Part shown: positions 20,137 through 29,257 of the stretch, piece by piece
Layout of the letters: every line of letters starts with the position of its first letter
Numbering within the stretch: position 1 is the stretch's first letter
Source: Cenarchaeum sp.
GTDB lineage: Archaea > Thermoproteota > Nitrososphaeria > Nitrososphaerales > Nitrosopumilaceae
Direction of reading: 5' to 3'
Assembly: GCA_965242695.1 (NCBI GenBank)
Contig: CBDESU010000002.1
Coordinates: 1,120,001 to 1,184,000 of the forward strand
DNA length: 64,000 nt
Notes under the pieces: model-generated
Database searches by the model: none
The model's input: the letters and a program-made list of their open reading frames with translations, nothing else
Told to the model about the DNA's origin: nothing
Made by a program: the position numbers and the translations under genes

Positions 20137-20403
20137 CTAGTAGACATAGACGTAGCCTGGGCTACCGTGTACACCCACATCGGACTTCATCCCCATTGCC
20201 CGAAAGTGTCGTTCGACGACCTTTGCAATCCGCTCGTCGTCGGCGTCCCAGTGATGCCACCATGCGACAGTTCTCCCTATGGCCTTGTGCTCGCCGCGCC
20301 GACGGTCGGGATCGTCAGTGACGCCGATCGTCCAGTGCTTGTACGCGTAGCCGCTACTTCTGACCAGATCTGCAATCGCGAGCGCGATTCCCTTCATGTT
20401 CAT
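20137..20403 (-). CDS. Small GIY-YIG-like protein
   Basis: WTIGVTDDPDRRRGEH and AKVVERHF resemble the GIY-YIG core (YIG-x-T, R, E); TATA-like TATATA upstream. Confidence 0.65.
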   Translation of the reverse strand: MNMKGIALAIADLVRSSGYAYKHWTIGVTDDPDRRRGEHKAIGRTVAWWHHWDADDERIAKVVERHFRAMGMKSDVGVHGSPGYVYVY

Positions 20404-20517
20404 GGCAGGAGGGCAGGCGCGGTAGTATATATGTATTTTAAACCGCTAGCCTGCCTTGGTTCGAGCAACCCTGAGAGTCTTGGCATATGATTGTGATGCG
20501 CTGGGCATTGGCCCGGC

Positions 20518-20893
20518 CCGGCCGGGCCGGGCCTGTGGGCGCGCCGCTCCGGCCGGGCCGGGCCTGTGGGCGCGCCGCTCCGGCCGGGCCGGGCCTGTGG
20601 GCGCGCCGCTCCGGCCGGGCCGGGCCTGTGGGCGCGCCGCTCCGGCCGGGCCGGGCCTGTGGGCGCGCCGCTCCGGCCGGGCCGGGCCTGTGGGCGCGCC
20701 GCTCCGGCCGGGCCGGGCCTGTGGGCGCGCCGCTCCGGCCGGGCCGGGCCTGTGGGCGCGCCGCTCCGGCCGGGCCGGGCCTGTGGGCGCGCCGCTCCGG
20801 CCGGGCCGGGCCTGTGGGCGCGCCGCTCCGGCCGGGCCGGGCCTGTGGGCGCGCCGCTCCGGCCGGGCCGGGCCTGTGGGCGCGCCGCTCCGG
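20518..20893. repeat. Perfect intergenic tandem array, 12 x 31 bp (CCGGCCGGGCCGGGCCTGTGGGCGCGCCGCT)
   Basis: CTGTGGG recurs every 31 bp from 20533 to 20874; no spacers. Confidence 0.95.
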
Positions 20894-21097
20894 CTAGGCA
20901 GGGGCGCAGACGCCCCTAGCGACGCCTAAACTCTTATAGTATCGTACGGTACCGCGCCAGCGGTGTGAAAACATTTTGTCTAGAATGCAGATCAAACTTG
21001 ACCATCTCCCACCTCCAAGATCGCATGCGAAGTGTGGCATGTCACATTCGGCCAGAGGTGCCCAGGCGGGGACATGCCGCGGGGACGGTGGGGTAGC

Positions 21098-21634
21098 ATG
21101 AGCGCCGCCGAGCGCCTCGCGCAGGTGCATGCCACCGGCTTTGAGCTCGAAGAGGTAAAGTTCTCGTTCACGCGCGACGTGAAGATCGGCGTCGCCGGCA
21201 TCGACATAAGCGCAAAGGCCGGCGAGATCATGAACCTGCCGCGCTACGTCGCCAACGTGCTCGAGGAGGGGGGCCACGGCCAGATACAGGACGTCGACAT
21301 GGTCGTCGAGCTCAAGCAGGCCACCGTCAAGGAGAACGTCCAGGGCGAGTTCGAGCTCGCCTCGCTAGACGACCACTTCTACATACGCCTCAAGGCGTAC
21401 ATGAAGAAGCTGCCCGAGTCAGACTACGACAAGGTCGAGAGCATGCTCAACTCGCTCGTGCGCAAGCGGCACGGCAAGCTCGTCCACCTGGCCGACGCCT
21501 CTAGGCTGACGGCCGAGCTGTCGGCCAAGATGACGGTCGAGGAGCGCGAGTTCTACAACGCCCTCCACGAGATCAGCGAGCAGTTCACCCGCCAGATAAT
21601 GGGCGACGGGACCAGGGGGGGCAAGGCCCGATGA
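21098..21634 (+). CDS. GINS-family DNA replication protein
   Basis: NLPRYVA...L...G, LDDHFY, RKRHGKL; overlaps the mcm start (ATGA). Confidence 0.85.
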   Translation: MSAAERLAQVHATGFELEEVKFSFTRDVKIGVAGIDISAKAGEIMNLPRYVANVLEEGGHGQIQDVDMVVELKQATVKENVQGEFELASLDDHFYIRLKAYMKKLPESDYDKVESMLNSLVRKRHGKLVHLADASRLTAELSAKMTVEEREFYNALHEISEQFTRQIMGDGTRGGKAR

Positions 21635-23832
21635 GCTCTGCACAGCAGGAGCAACAGTGGGAGCGCCAGCGCCAGCGCCAGGATCAGGCCGCTTCCGGCG
21701 GCGGCGACGGCGGTGCGGGGAGCGGCCCCGGGGCCGATCCCGGGGACGGCGGCGGCCAGCGCGGGGACATGACCGACTCGGCGCTGTCCGACCTATCAAA
21801 GATATTCCTCTCGAGGCACAAGGACAAGGAGGGCCGCTACAAGTACGTCGAGCAGATCGACGAGATGATGCCAAAGGGATCCACGTACATCGCGGTCGAC
21901 TACAACGACCTCGTCTCGTTTCCGCGCCTCGATGCCGAGTTTACCGACGAGCCCGACGGCGTGCTGCGCGCGTTCTCTAGCGCGATCGGCGAGATACTGC
22001 GCGAGCGGTTCCCAAAGTACGCCGACAAGATCGCCGACAAGATACGCGCGCGCGTCGTAAACTACCCCGTCCAGCGCAACCTGCGCAGGATCAACGCCGA
22101 GATAATCAACAAGATGACGAGCGTGTCGGGGATGGTCGTGCGCGCCTCCGAGGTAAAGCCGCTCGCCAAGGAGCTGGTCTACCTGTGCCCCGCCGGCCAC
22201 TACACAAAGGCAGTCCAGTTCAAGGGCATGAGCGTCTCGGCGCCGTCAAAGTGCGCCGAGCCAAAGTGCGGCATGCGCGACCTCGATCCGCAGCTCGAGC
22301 TGAGCAAGTTCATCGACTTCCAGATACTGCGCCTGCAGGAGCTGCCCGAGGACCTCCCGCCCGGCCAGCTGCCCCACTACATCGACGTGGCAATCAAGCA
22401 GGACCTCGTCGACAACGCCCGCCCGGGCGACAGGATCATACTGACGGGCATAGTGCGCATCGAGCAGGAGGCCGTGACGGGCGTGAGCCGCGCCAACAGC
22501 GCCCTCTTCCAGCAGAAGATCGACGGCAACAACGTAGAGTACCTTGGCGGGCGCGGCTCGAAGACGTCGCGCCGCACCGAGCGCGAGGAGATATCGCCCG
22601 AGGAGGAAAAGATCATAAAGGCCCTGTCCAACTCGGACGACATCTACCAAAAGCTGATAAACTCGTTCGCCCCGCACATACGCGGCCAGGAGACCATAAA
22701 GGAGTCCATACTGCTGCTCATCGTCGGCTCGACGCAGCGCCTGCTGCAGGACGGCAGCAAGATACGCGGCGACATCAACGTGTTCCTCGTCGGCGACCCC
22801 GGCACGGCAAAGAGCGAGATGCTAAAGTTCTGCGCCCGGATAGCGCCGAGGGGCCTGTACACGTCGGGCCGCGGCTCGACGGCCGCCGGCCTGACTGCCG
22901 CCGTCGTGCGCGACAAGTCGGGGATAATGATGCTGGAGGCCGGCGCCGTCGTGCTCGGAGACCAGGGCCTAGTGTGCATCGACGAGTTCGACAAGATGAA
23001 GCCCGAGGACCGCAGCGCCCTGCACGAGGTGATGGAGCAGCAGTCTGCGAGCATCGCAAAGGGCGGGATCGTGGCGACCCTCAACGCCCGCACGTCAATA
23101 CTCGCGGCGGCAAACCCCATGTACGGCAAGTACGACCCGTTCAAGAACATCACCGAGAATGTGAACCTCCCGATACCGCTGCTCACGCGGTTCGACCTGA
23201 TCTTCGTCCTGCGCGACATACCGGCGGCCGAAAAGGACCGCAACATCGCAAAGCACATCATCGACCTGCACACGCCGGTCGGCACCGAGAACCGCTCCCT
23301 CATAGACGCCGAGATACTCACAAAGTACCTGGCGTACGCAAAGCGGTTCAACCCGAGCCTGACAAAGGCGGCCGAGGAGAAGATCATAGACTACTACCTA
23401 AAGATGCGCACCGTAGAGTCCGAGGAGATGGTCACGGTGACGCCGCGCCAGCTAGAGGGGCTCGTGCGGCTAGCGACGGCCAGGGCCCGGCTCCTCATGA
23501 AGCCGCAGGTCGACGAGGACGACGCGCAGAGGGCCATCGACCTCATGCAGAGCATGCTGCAGGACGCCGGCGTCGACGTCAACACGGGCCAGGTCGACCT
23601 CGGGGTGCTGCAGGGCAGGCCGCGCAGCGAGGTCTCCAAGATGCAGCTGTTCATGGACATACTGCGCTCGCTCGAGGGCGAGAACAAGTCGCCCGTCGAG
23701 GAAAAGGCGTTCATCGGCGAGCTTACAAAGTCGGGCAAGTTCTCCGAGGAGGAGGCGCGCAACTACATCCGCAAGATGTCAAAGGAGTCTGCCATATACG
23801 AGTCCAAGCCGAACCACTTCAACAGAGTGTAG
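21631..23832 (+). CDS. mcm: MCM replicative helicase (no intein seen)
   Basis: GDPGTAKS, CIDEFDKM, LLTRFD, TPRQLEGL; Zn motif C/H..C..C. Confidence 0.97.
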   Translation: MSSAQQEQQWERQRQRQDQAASGGGDGGAGSGPGADPGDGGGQRGDMTDSALSDLSKIFLSRHKDKEGRYKYVEQIDEMMPKGSTYIAVDYNDLVSFPRLDAEFTDEPDGVLRAFSSAIGEILRERFPKYADKIADKIRARVVNYPVQRNLRRINAEIINKMTSVSGMVVRASEVKPLAKELVYLCPAGHYTKAVQFKGMSVSAPSKCAEPKCGMRDLDPQLELSKFIDFQILRLQELPEDLPPGQLPHYIDVAIKQDLVDNARPGDRIILTGIVRIEQEAVTGVSRANSALFQQKIDGNNVEYLGGRGSKTSRRTEREEISPEEEKIIKALSNSDDIYQKLINSFAPHIRGQETIKESILLLIVGSTQRLLQDGSKIRGDINVFLVGDPGTAKSEMLKFCARIAPRGLYTSGRGSTAAGLTAAVVRDKSGIMMLEAGAVVLGDQGLVCIDEFDKMKPEDRSALHEVMEQQSASIAKGGIVATLNARTSILAAANPMYGKYDPFKNITENVNLPIPLLTRFDLIFVLRDIPAAEKDRNIAKHIIDLHTPVGTENRSLIDAEILTKYLAYAKRFNPSLTKAAEEKIIDYYLKMRTVESEEMVTVTPRQLEGLVRLATARARLLMKPQVDEDDAQRAIDLMQSMLQDAGVDVNTGQVDLGVLQGRPRSEVSKMQLFMDILRSLEGENKSPVEEKAFIGELTKSGKFSEEEARNYIRKMSKESAIYESKPNHFNRV

Positions 23833-23934
23833 GAAGCGGAGGGCCGGCGCCAGCGCGGACGCGCGGACGATCGAGGCAAACGGCCCGGCGGGCGCGGTGC
23901 CACCGCCGCGCGGACAACAACTTGGGGCGGGGAC

Positions 23935-25286
23935 CTACGCGCAACTGCCTGAGGCTTTGGCCTTGGGATTTGCACCCTCGCGAACAATCTCGTCCATGGC
24001 CCTCATGTCTACGTCCCAGAACCCCCCGAGGCCGCCCCTGACTTGGCCGTACTCGTTTATGCGGAGGCGCTCGGCACCTGCGGCCTCTCCCCGCCCATCC
24101 GCTCCAAAGCAGTGTATGGCGACATCGTCGGGCCCCAGCGGATGGCCTTTTTTCTCGACGTATGCAAGCAGCGGGTACAGCAGGTGGTCGCTGTGGGTGG
24201 TGAATATAACCTGCCTGTCCTCTTCCACCGCCTGCCGCACCGTGATCTTCGAGAGGGCGACCTGGGCTGCGGGATCAAGGTGCATCTCCGGCTCTTCAAT
24301 GGCCACGATCGATCCTCGGGAGGAGTGTGCGAGTGCGGCCAGCACGGTCCGCGGCCGGCTTGTGCCTGGCCCCGTTCCCGTGACAGTGCCGGGCACCCGC
24401 CGCATGTCCTGCCCCCGCCCCGCCCCGCCGCCCTCGACCCCCGCGGCGGCGATGCTGCCTGCGATTTGCCCTAGGCCCACTTCTTCGAGCAGGCTCGACA
24501 CCTTTTCCGGGGGCGGGCTGTCGCCGCCGCGGTAACGGGGAGGCGCGGCCCATGGCAGGGGAACGCACCGCAGCCCGCCAAGGAGGGGGGCAAAGTACCA
24601 GCCCCGCCAAACATGCAGTCAAACGCCTTTGCCGCATCGCCACCCGCAAGATCGGCCCGTATGCAGGGTGCGAACAGGCCGTCCGAGCGGGCCGGCACGG
24701 GAGCGCCGCCACTCCCCTCTGCGCCGAATACGAGCGCCTTGCCGACGCCTTGGCTGAGCGAATGCTCCAGGCGCACGGCGCCCTGGCCCGCCGCCGACGA
24801 GCCGAAGCAGACATCGACGGAGGCATCCATGCCGGTCGGAGACAGGGACTTGTCAAGCGCCATGCGGTACGAGAAGCGGGTGCCGATCTCGCCGCTCCCG
24901 CCGGCTGCGATCATGCTGTGCCCGCCCACCCGGATGCTGGCATTGCGATCCGCGTCCCCTCCCGCGGGCTGCCCGGCGTCGGGGCCGGAGCCGCTTGGAT
25001 GCTCCGGCCCGCGGCCTTCTAGGACGGACTTGAGCAGGGCCAGGCCTCGCAGGACGGCAGACATGCCCGAGGCGGTGGGGCCAATAAGCACCGTGATTTT
25101 TCTCACGTCGATGCTCAGGTCTGCATGCCCGTCGAAGTTGCGCAAGTCCACGCGATCCAGGATCGTGCGCCGAGCTGCCTGCGTTCTATGCGTATGCCGT
25201 GAAATCTGCCGCGACATCGACTGCTGGGCAGGGGCCATGGGCGGAGTGAAGAGGCGGCATCGATACGTCTTTGTCATGTCGTTCAA
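23935..25286 (-). pseudogene. Frameshifted ABC-type ATPase (AAA_15/AAA_21, OLD/AbiEii-like)
   Basis: 5' part LRNF...ITVLIGPTASGMS (Walker A lacks Lys); 3' part in another frame has IEEPEMHLDPAAQ and FTTHSD; shift near 24500-24560. Confidence 0.75.
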
Positions 25287-25358
25287 GGTCTACGCGCCGA
25301 TCTGGGCCGGCGGGCCCTGTTTGCCCTAGCCGCATTGCGTGCTCGCACCGCTGCCCTG

Positions 25359-26516
25359 TCAGCCGGCCCTCTCCAGGATCAGCACGTCGACGGCAGGTAT
25401 GGAGCGCTTGCCCCCGAACAGCGTGTCGTACTCTTGGGATCCGACGACCTCGCCCCACGCCGCGACGCCGCTGTCCTCGCCCTGGGCGATCAGCCCCTCG
25501 CGGTCCAGGCCGTCGAGCCACCGCTCCTCGGCGCCGCTGCGCGGCCTGTACTCTGACCAGATGTCCTCCTCGGGCAGCCCCATCCCGTCGGTGCTGGTCC
25601 CTATGCGAAGCACGTACGAGTCCCAAAAGGGATCCTTTTCAGCCTGTATGACGTGCCCCTCGTACCGTATGATCGTGCCGGCGTATGCGTCGGGGTTGCT
25701 CTCGAGCGATGCGTACGGCACCTCAATCGCCGCCGCCTTGATCTCGCCGTCCTCCATGCCTCCATAGGCCGTCGACTCCCTGTCCGTGCCGTACATCATC
25801 GCGTCCGGGCCGTACACGGCAAAGGCGACAAAGGCGGCGACCGGCAATGCGAACAGCACGGCCCCGATCACAAGCGACCTGCGGGCGCGCGAGGGATCCC
25901 TGTGCCTGAGTGCCGCGTACGATATTATCCCACCCACAATCGACATGAATATCGGCAGCAGGTACCACGCCGCGCTAGCGCGAGGCTGGACGGTCGGGCC
26001 AGAGCCCGCGCCTGCCCGCGCCGCATGCTCTTGGCCTCGATCGTGAGCCCCTGCACCCCGACCCTGCGGCGCCGCGTATGGCGGACTTGACCCCGCGCGA
26101 GACTGCGGGCCCGGACCATCGTCCGCCCGATACGCACGCATGTCCTCGCCGCCTCCGTAGCCGCGGCCGGCCTGCCGGGCCGCCCCCTCGTCCAGGATGC
26201 GCGCGCGTGCATCCTCGACCGGAGTTTCGGGGCCGACCCTGCCGGCTGCATCGGCGCGGCCGGGGCCGACCGGGCGCCCGGCGCGGGCGGGATCGAGGCG
26301 CGCCGCCCTCCTGCCAAGCTCGGCATGCTTGAGCTCGACGTACTGGCGATCGCTGCGGTAGACGGGCCTGCCGCGCGCAACTGTGTCGGCCACATGCGCA
26401 AGGCGTCCTGCGTCGCCGTGGCCTGCCTCCTGAAGCTCCCGAACCATGCGCCCAAGCATCTCGTCTGCCGCGTTCACGTGCGGCGCTTCGGCAGGGTGGG
26501 TATTAACGCACTGCAA
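25359..26516 (-). CDS. Membrane protein with low-complexity N-terminus, TM region and C-terminal OB-fold-like domain
   Basis: AWYLLPIFMSIVGGIISY TM; VPYASLESNPDAYAGTIIRYEGHVIQ...WGEVVG...IPAV; start uncertain. Confidence 0.7.
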   Translation of the reverse strand: MQCVNTHPAEAPHVNAADEMLGRMVRELQEAGHGDAGRLAHVADTVARGRPVYRSDRQYVELKHAELGRRAARLDPARAGRPVGPGRADAAGRVGPETPVEDARARILDEGAARQAGRGYGGGEDMRAYRADDGPGPQSRAGSSPPYAAPQGRGAGAHDRGQEHAARAGAGSGPTVQPRASAAWYLLPIFMSIVGGIISYAALRHRDPSRARRSLVIGAVLFALPVAAFVAFAVYGPDAMMYGTDRESTAYGGMEDGEIKAAAIEVPYASLESNPDAYAGTIIRYEGHVIQAEKDPFWDSYVLRIGTSTDGMGLPEEDIWSEYRPRSGAEERWLDGLDREGLIAQGEDSGVAAWGEVVGSQEYDTLFGGKRSIPAVDVLILERAG

Positions 26517-26696
26517 GGCCGGGACCGGCAGTGCCGCATCCCGTTTCCGCCGGGTGCATCGGGGAGGGAGAGGGGCGGCGGCAGAGGCGCGTACAAGTCG
26601 GGAGATCCCCTCCGCGGCGCCCGACAGCGGCCACAGAGGCCTCTGCCTGCGGCCCGCATACGACTCCTTTTATGGCCAGCCCTCCCGCCGCCTGCC

Positions 26697-28895
26697 GTGC
26701 TAGTCTCGGGCCTGGACCTCCCGGAGCCTGCCCGGGACCTGCTTGCCGCCGAGGGCTACGAGTCGCTGTACCCGCCGCAGGCGGCCGCCGTCGAGGCGGG
26801 GCTGCTCGGCGGCAAGAGCCTGCTCGTCTCGGCGCCTACGGCGAGCGGCAAGACGCTCGTCGCGTTCCTCTCGATGATGGCCCACCTGTCTGCGGGGCGC
26901 CCAGGCAAGATCGTCTACCTCAGCCCCCTCAGGGCCCTTGCGTCAGAAAAGTTTGCCGAGTTCAAGAAGCTGTCGGGCATACGCCTCGGCGGCAGGAGGG
27001 CGCAGGTCAAGGTGTCGACGGGCGAGACGGGCGGCGGCTCGCGCCTCGGCGACGGCGACGTCATCGTCCTGACGAACGAGCGCATGGACGCCCTCATGCG
27101 GCAGGGCCACGAGTGGGTCTCCAAGATAGGACTGGTCGTCGCCGACGAGGTGCACCTGATATCCGACCAGTCGCGCGGCCCGACGCTCGAGATGGTCCTG
27201 ACCAGGGCCGGCCGGCTCGCCTCTAGGCCGCAGGTCGTCGGGCTGAGCGCGACCATGTCGAATGCGCCAGAGATTGCAGAGTGGCTCGGCGCCGATCTGG
27301 TCGACAGCGGCTGGAGGCCCGTGGACCTGCGCGAGGGCGTGTTCGGGGACGGCTCGATTACAATGGGCGACGGCGGGACGCTCGACGTCACATCGTCCAT
27401 GCGCGGCCCGGCCGTCGACATCGGGCTCGACACGGTAAAGGAGGGCGGCCAGGCGCTGCTGTTCGCCGAGACGCGCGTGAGGGCCGCATCGCTTGCGACA
27501 AAGGCCGCCGATGCCGTCTCGGGCATGCTCGGCAAGGGCGATGCGGCCGCGCTGGCGGGGTCGGCAGACCGCATACTCGCATCGACCGAGAATACAAAGC
27601 TCGTAAAGAGGCTCGCCGAGCTCGTGCGCAAGGGCGTCGCGTTCCACCACGCGGGGCTCGCGCAGCCGTGCCGGACCGAGGTCGAGGAGGCGTTCCGCGC
27701 CAGGCGTATAAAGCTGCTCGCATCGACGCCGACGCTGGCGGCAGGGGTCAACCTGCCGGCGCGCCGCGTCGTCGTGGCGAGCATACTGCGGTACAACTCC
27801 GCCTCGGGGCGCAACGAGCCGATCAGCGTCATGGAGTACAAACAGCTGTGCGGCAGGGCCGGCCGGCCGCAGTACGACGACCACGGCGAGGCCGTCGTCG
27901 TCGCGCCGTCGTCGTACAATGCCGACGAGGTGCTAGACTACTACGTGCGCGGCGAGATCGAGCCGATCGAGTCGAAGATGACCGGCGAAAAGGCCATGCG
28001 CACGCATGTACTGAGCCTCGTGGTGACGACGCCGGGCATCAGGTCGTCGGACGTGTCGGAGTTCTTTGCGGGCACGCTCGGCGGCCTGCAGGCCGGCGCG
28101 GCGGACATCGAGGCCGCAGTCGACTCGGCCGCCGAGTTCTTGTCCGAGTCGGAGATGGTCGTCGAGAAGGGCGGCAGGCTGGCGGCGACCGACTTTGGCA
28201 AGAAGACGTCCCGGCTGTACCTGGATCCCGCCACGGCCGTCTCGTTCAGGAGGGTGATCGAGGAGGCGCCGAGGCCGGCCGCAGCCGAGCCTGCGGGGAC
28301 CTCGGGCCGCAGGCCCAAGGCGGCAGCGCGGCCGCCTCGCCACACGCTCGGCCTGCTCTACGAGGTGACCGACTGTACGGAGTTCTTTCCAAAGATGTCC
28401 ATGCGCAGGGAGGACGAGGATGCGGCCGCCGACCTGTTCGACGCCAGGGGGGCAGAGCTGCTTCGGCCCGCGTACTCGTACGAGTGCAACCGCGGCCTGC
28501 TCGCGCTCGACGCCTGGATATCCGAGGCGACCGATGCGGCGCTGGCCGACCGCCTAAAGGTCGAGGCCGGCGACATGCACCGCATGGCCGAGGCTGCCGA
28601 GTGGCTGCTGCGGTGCATGGGCGAGCTTGCCATGGACCTGGGCAGGGCCGACCTGGCGTCCGAGGTGGCCACGCTGCGCACGCGCGTGCGGTACGGGGTG
28701 TCCGAGGACCTGATCGACCTAGTCTCGGTGCGGGGAATAGGGCGCGTGCGGGCCCGCGCCCTGTACGGCAGCGGGGTGCGCGACAGGGCGGCACTGTCTG
28801 CAATGCCGATAGAAAAGCTCGCCGCCGTCGACAAGATCGGACGGGCCGTCGCCAAGAGCATAAAGGCGCAGCTGCTCGGCCGGCGCGGCAAGTGA
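26697..28895 (+). CDS. hel308: Hel308/Ski2-like SF2 helicase, copy 1
   Basis: LYPPQ, APTASGKT, DEVH, LSAT, FHHAGL, TPTLAAGVNLP, QLCGRAGRP, GIGRVRAR. Confidence 0.93.
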   Translation: MLVSGLDLPEPARDLLAAEGYESLYPPQAAAVEAGLLGGKSLLVSAPTASGKTLVAFLSMMAHLSAGRPGKIVYLSPLRALASEKFAEFKKLSGIRLGGRRAQVKVSTGETGGGSRLGDGDVIVLTNERMDALMRQGHEWVSKIGLVVADEVHLISDQSRGPTLEMVLTRAGRLASRPQVVGLSATMSNAPEIAEWLGADLVDSGWRPVDLREGVFGDGSITMGDGGTLDVTSSMRGPAVDIGLDTVKEGGQALLFAETRVRAASLATKAADAVSGMLGKGDAAALAGSADRILASTENTKLVKRLAELVRKGVAFHHAGLAQPCRTEVEEAFRARRIKLLASTPTLAAGVNLPARRVVVASILRYNSASGRNEPISVMEYKQLCGRAGRPQYDDHGEAVVVAPSSYNADEVLDYYVRGEIEPIESKMTGEKAMRTHVLSLVVTTPGIRSSDVSEFFAGTLGGLQAGAADIEAAVDSAAEFLSESEMVVEKGGRLAATDFGKKTSRLYLDPATAVSFRRVIEEAPRPAAAEPAGTSGRRPKAAARPPRHTLGLLYEVTDCTEFFPKMSMRREDEDAAADLFDARGAELLRPAYSYECNRGLLALDAWISEATDAALADRLKVEAGDMHRMAEAAEWLLRCMGELAMDLGRADLASEVATLRTRVRYGVSEDLIDLVSVRGIGRVRARALYGSGVRDRAALSAMPIEKLAAVDKIGRAVAKSIKAQLLGRRGK

Positions 28896-28912
28896 GCCGG
28901 CCGCGAGGGTCC

Positions 28913-29179
28913 CTAGAGGTGCCACGGCAGGGCCCGCCGGGTTATGTCGTCGGGCAGCGACTTGGCGTTCCTCTCGAGGAACTCGATGTCCTGCCCCCTG
29001 TCGCGCAGCTCGTCGGGCAGCAGTATGGGTATGCTGTCTATGATGGGGTAGAACCTAGAGCACGAGCCGCAGCGCAGCGCCCCCTCGTCGACCTCGGAGC
29101 CCTCCGAGACGACGAACAGGTCGAGCGGGTAGTGCTTGTCGATGGGGCACGCGAGTATGTCCAGCATGGAGCGCTGCAT
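28913..29179 (-). CDS. trm112: Trm112-family methyltransferase activator
   Basis: LDILACPIDK...LRCGSCSRFYPIIDSIPILLPDELR. Confidence 0.9.
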   Translation of the reverse strand: MQRSMLDILACPIDKHYPLDLFVVSEGSEVDEGALRCGSCSRFYPIIDSIPILLPDELRDRGQDIEFLERNAKSLPDDITRRALPWHL

Positions 29180-29257
29180 GTTCGGCGCGCCGGCCGCCGG
29201 TGCGGTTGATAAGTGCACCCACGGCGCGTTTTTATCGCCCGTGTGCGGCGCCGGCCC

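Noticed and set aside
20518-20893. CRISPR array
   Set aside because: The 31-bp units are contiguous with no unique spacers, and no cas genes are in the window.
20456-20929. ORFs across the 31-bp array
   Set aside because: They are stop-free only because of the GC-rich repeat; all three frames give the same permuted peptide.
16800-21000. Replication origin between rfcS and GINS
   Set aside because: No cdc6/orc1 gene, no recognisable ORB boxes and no extended AT-rich unwinding element.
21631-23832. Intein in MCM or RFC
   Set aside because: Lengths are normal and motifs are contiguous.
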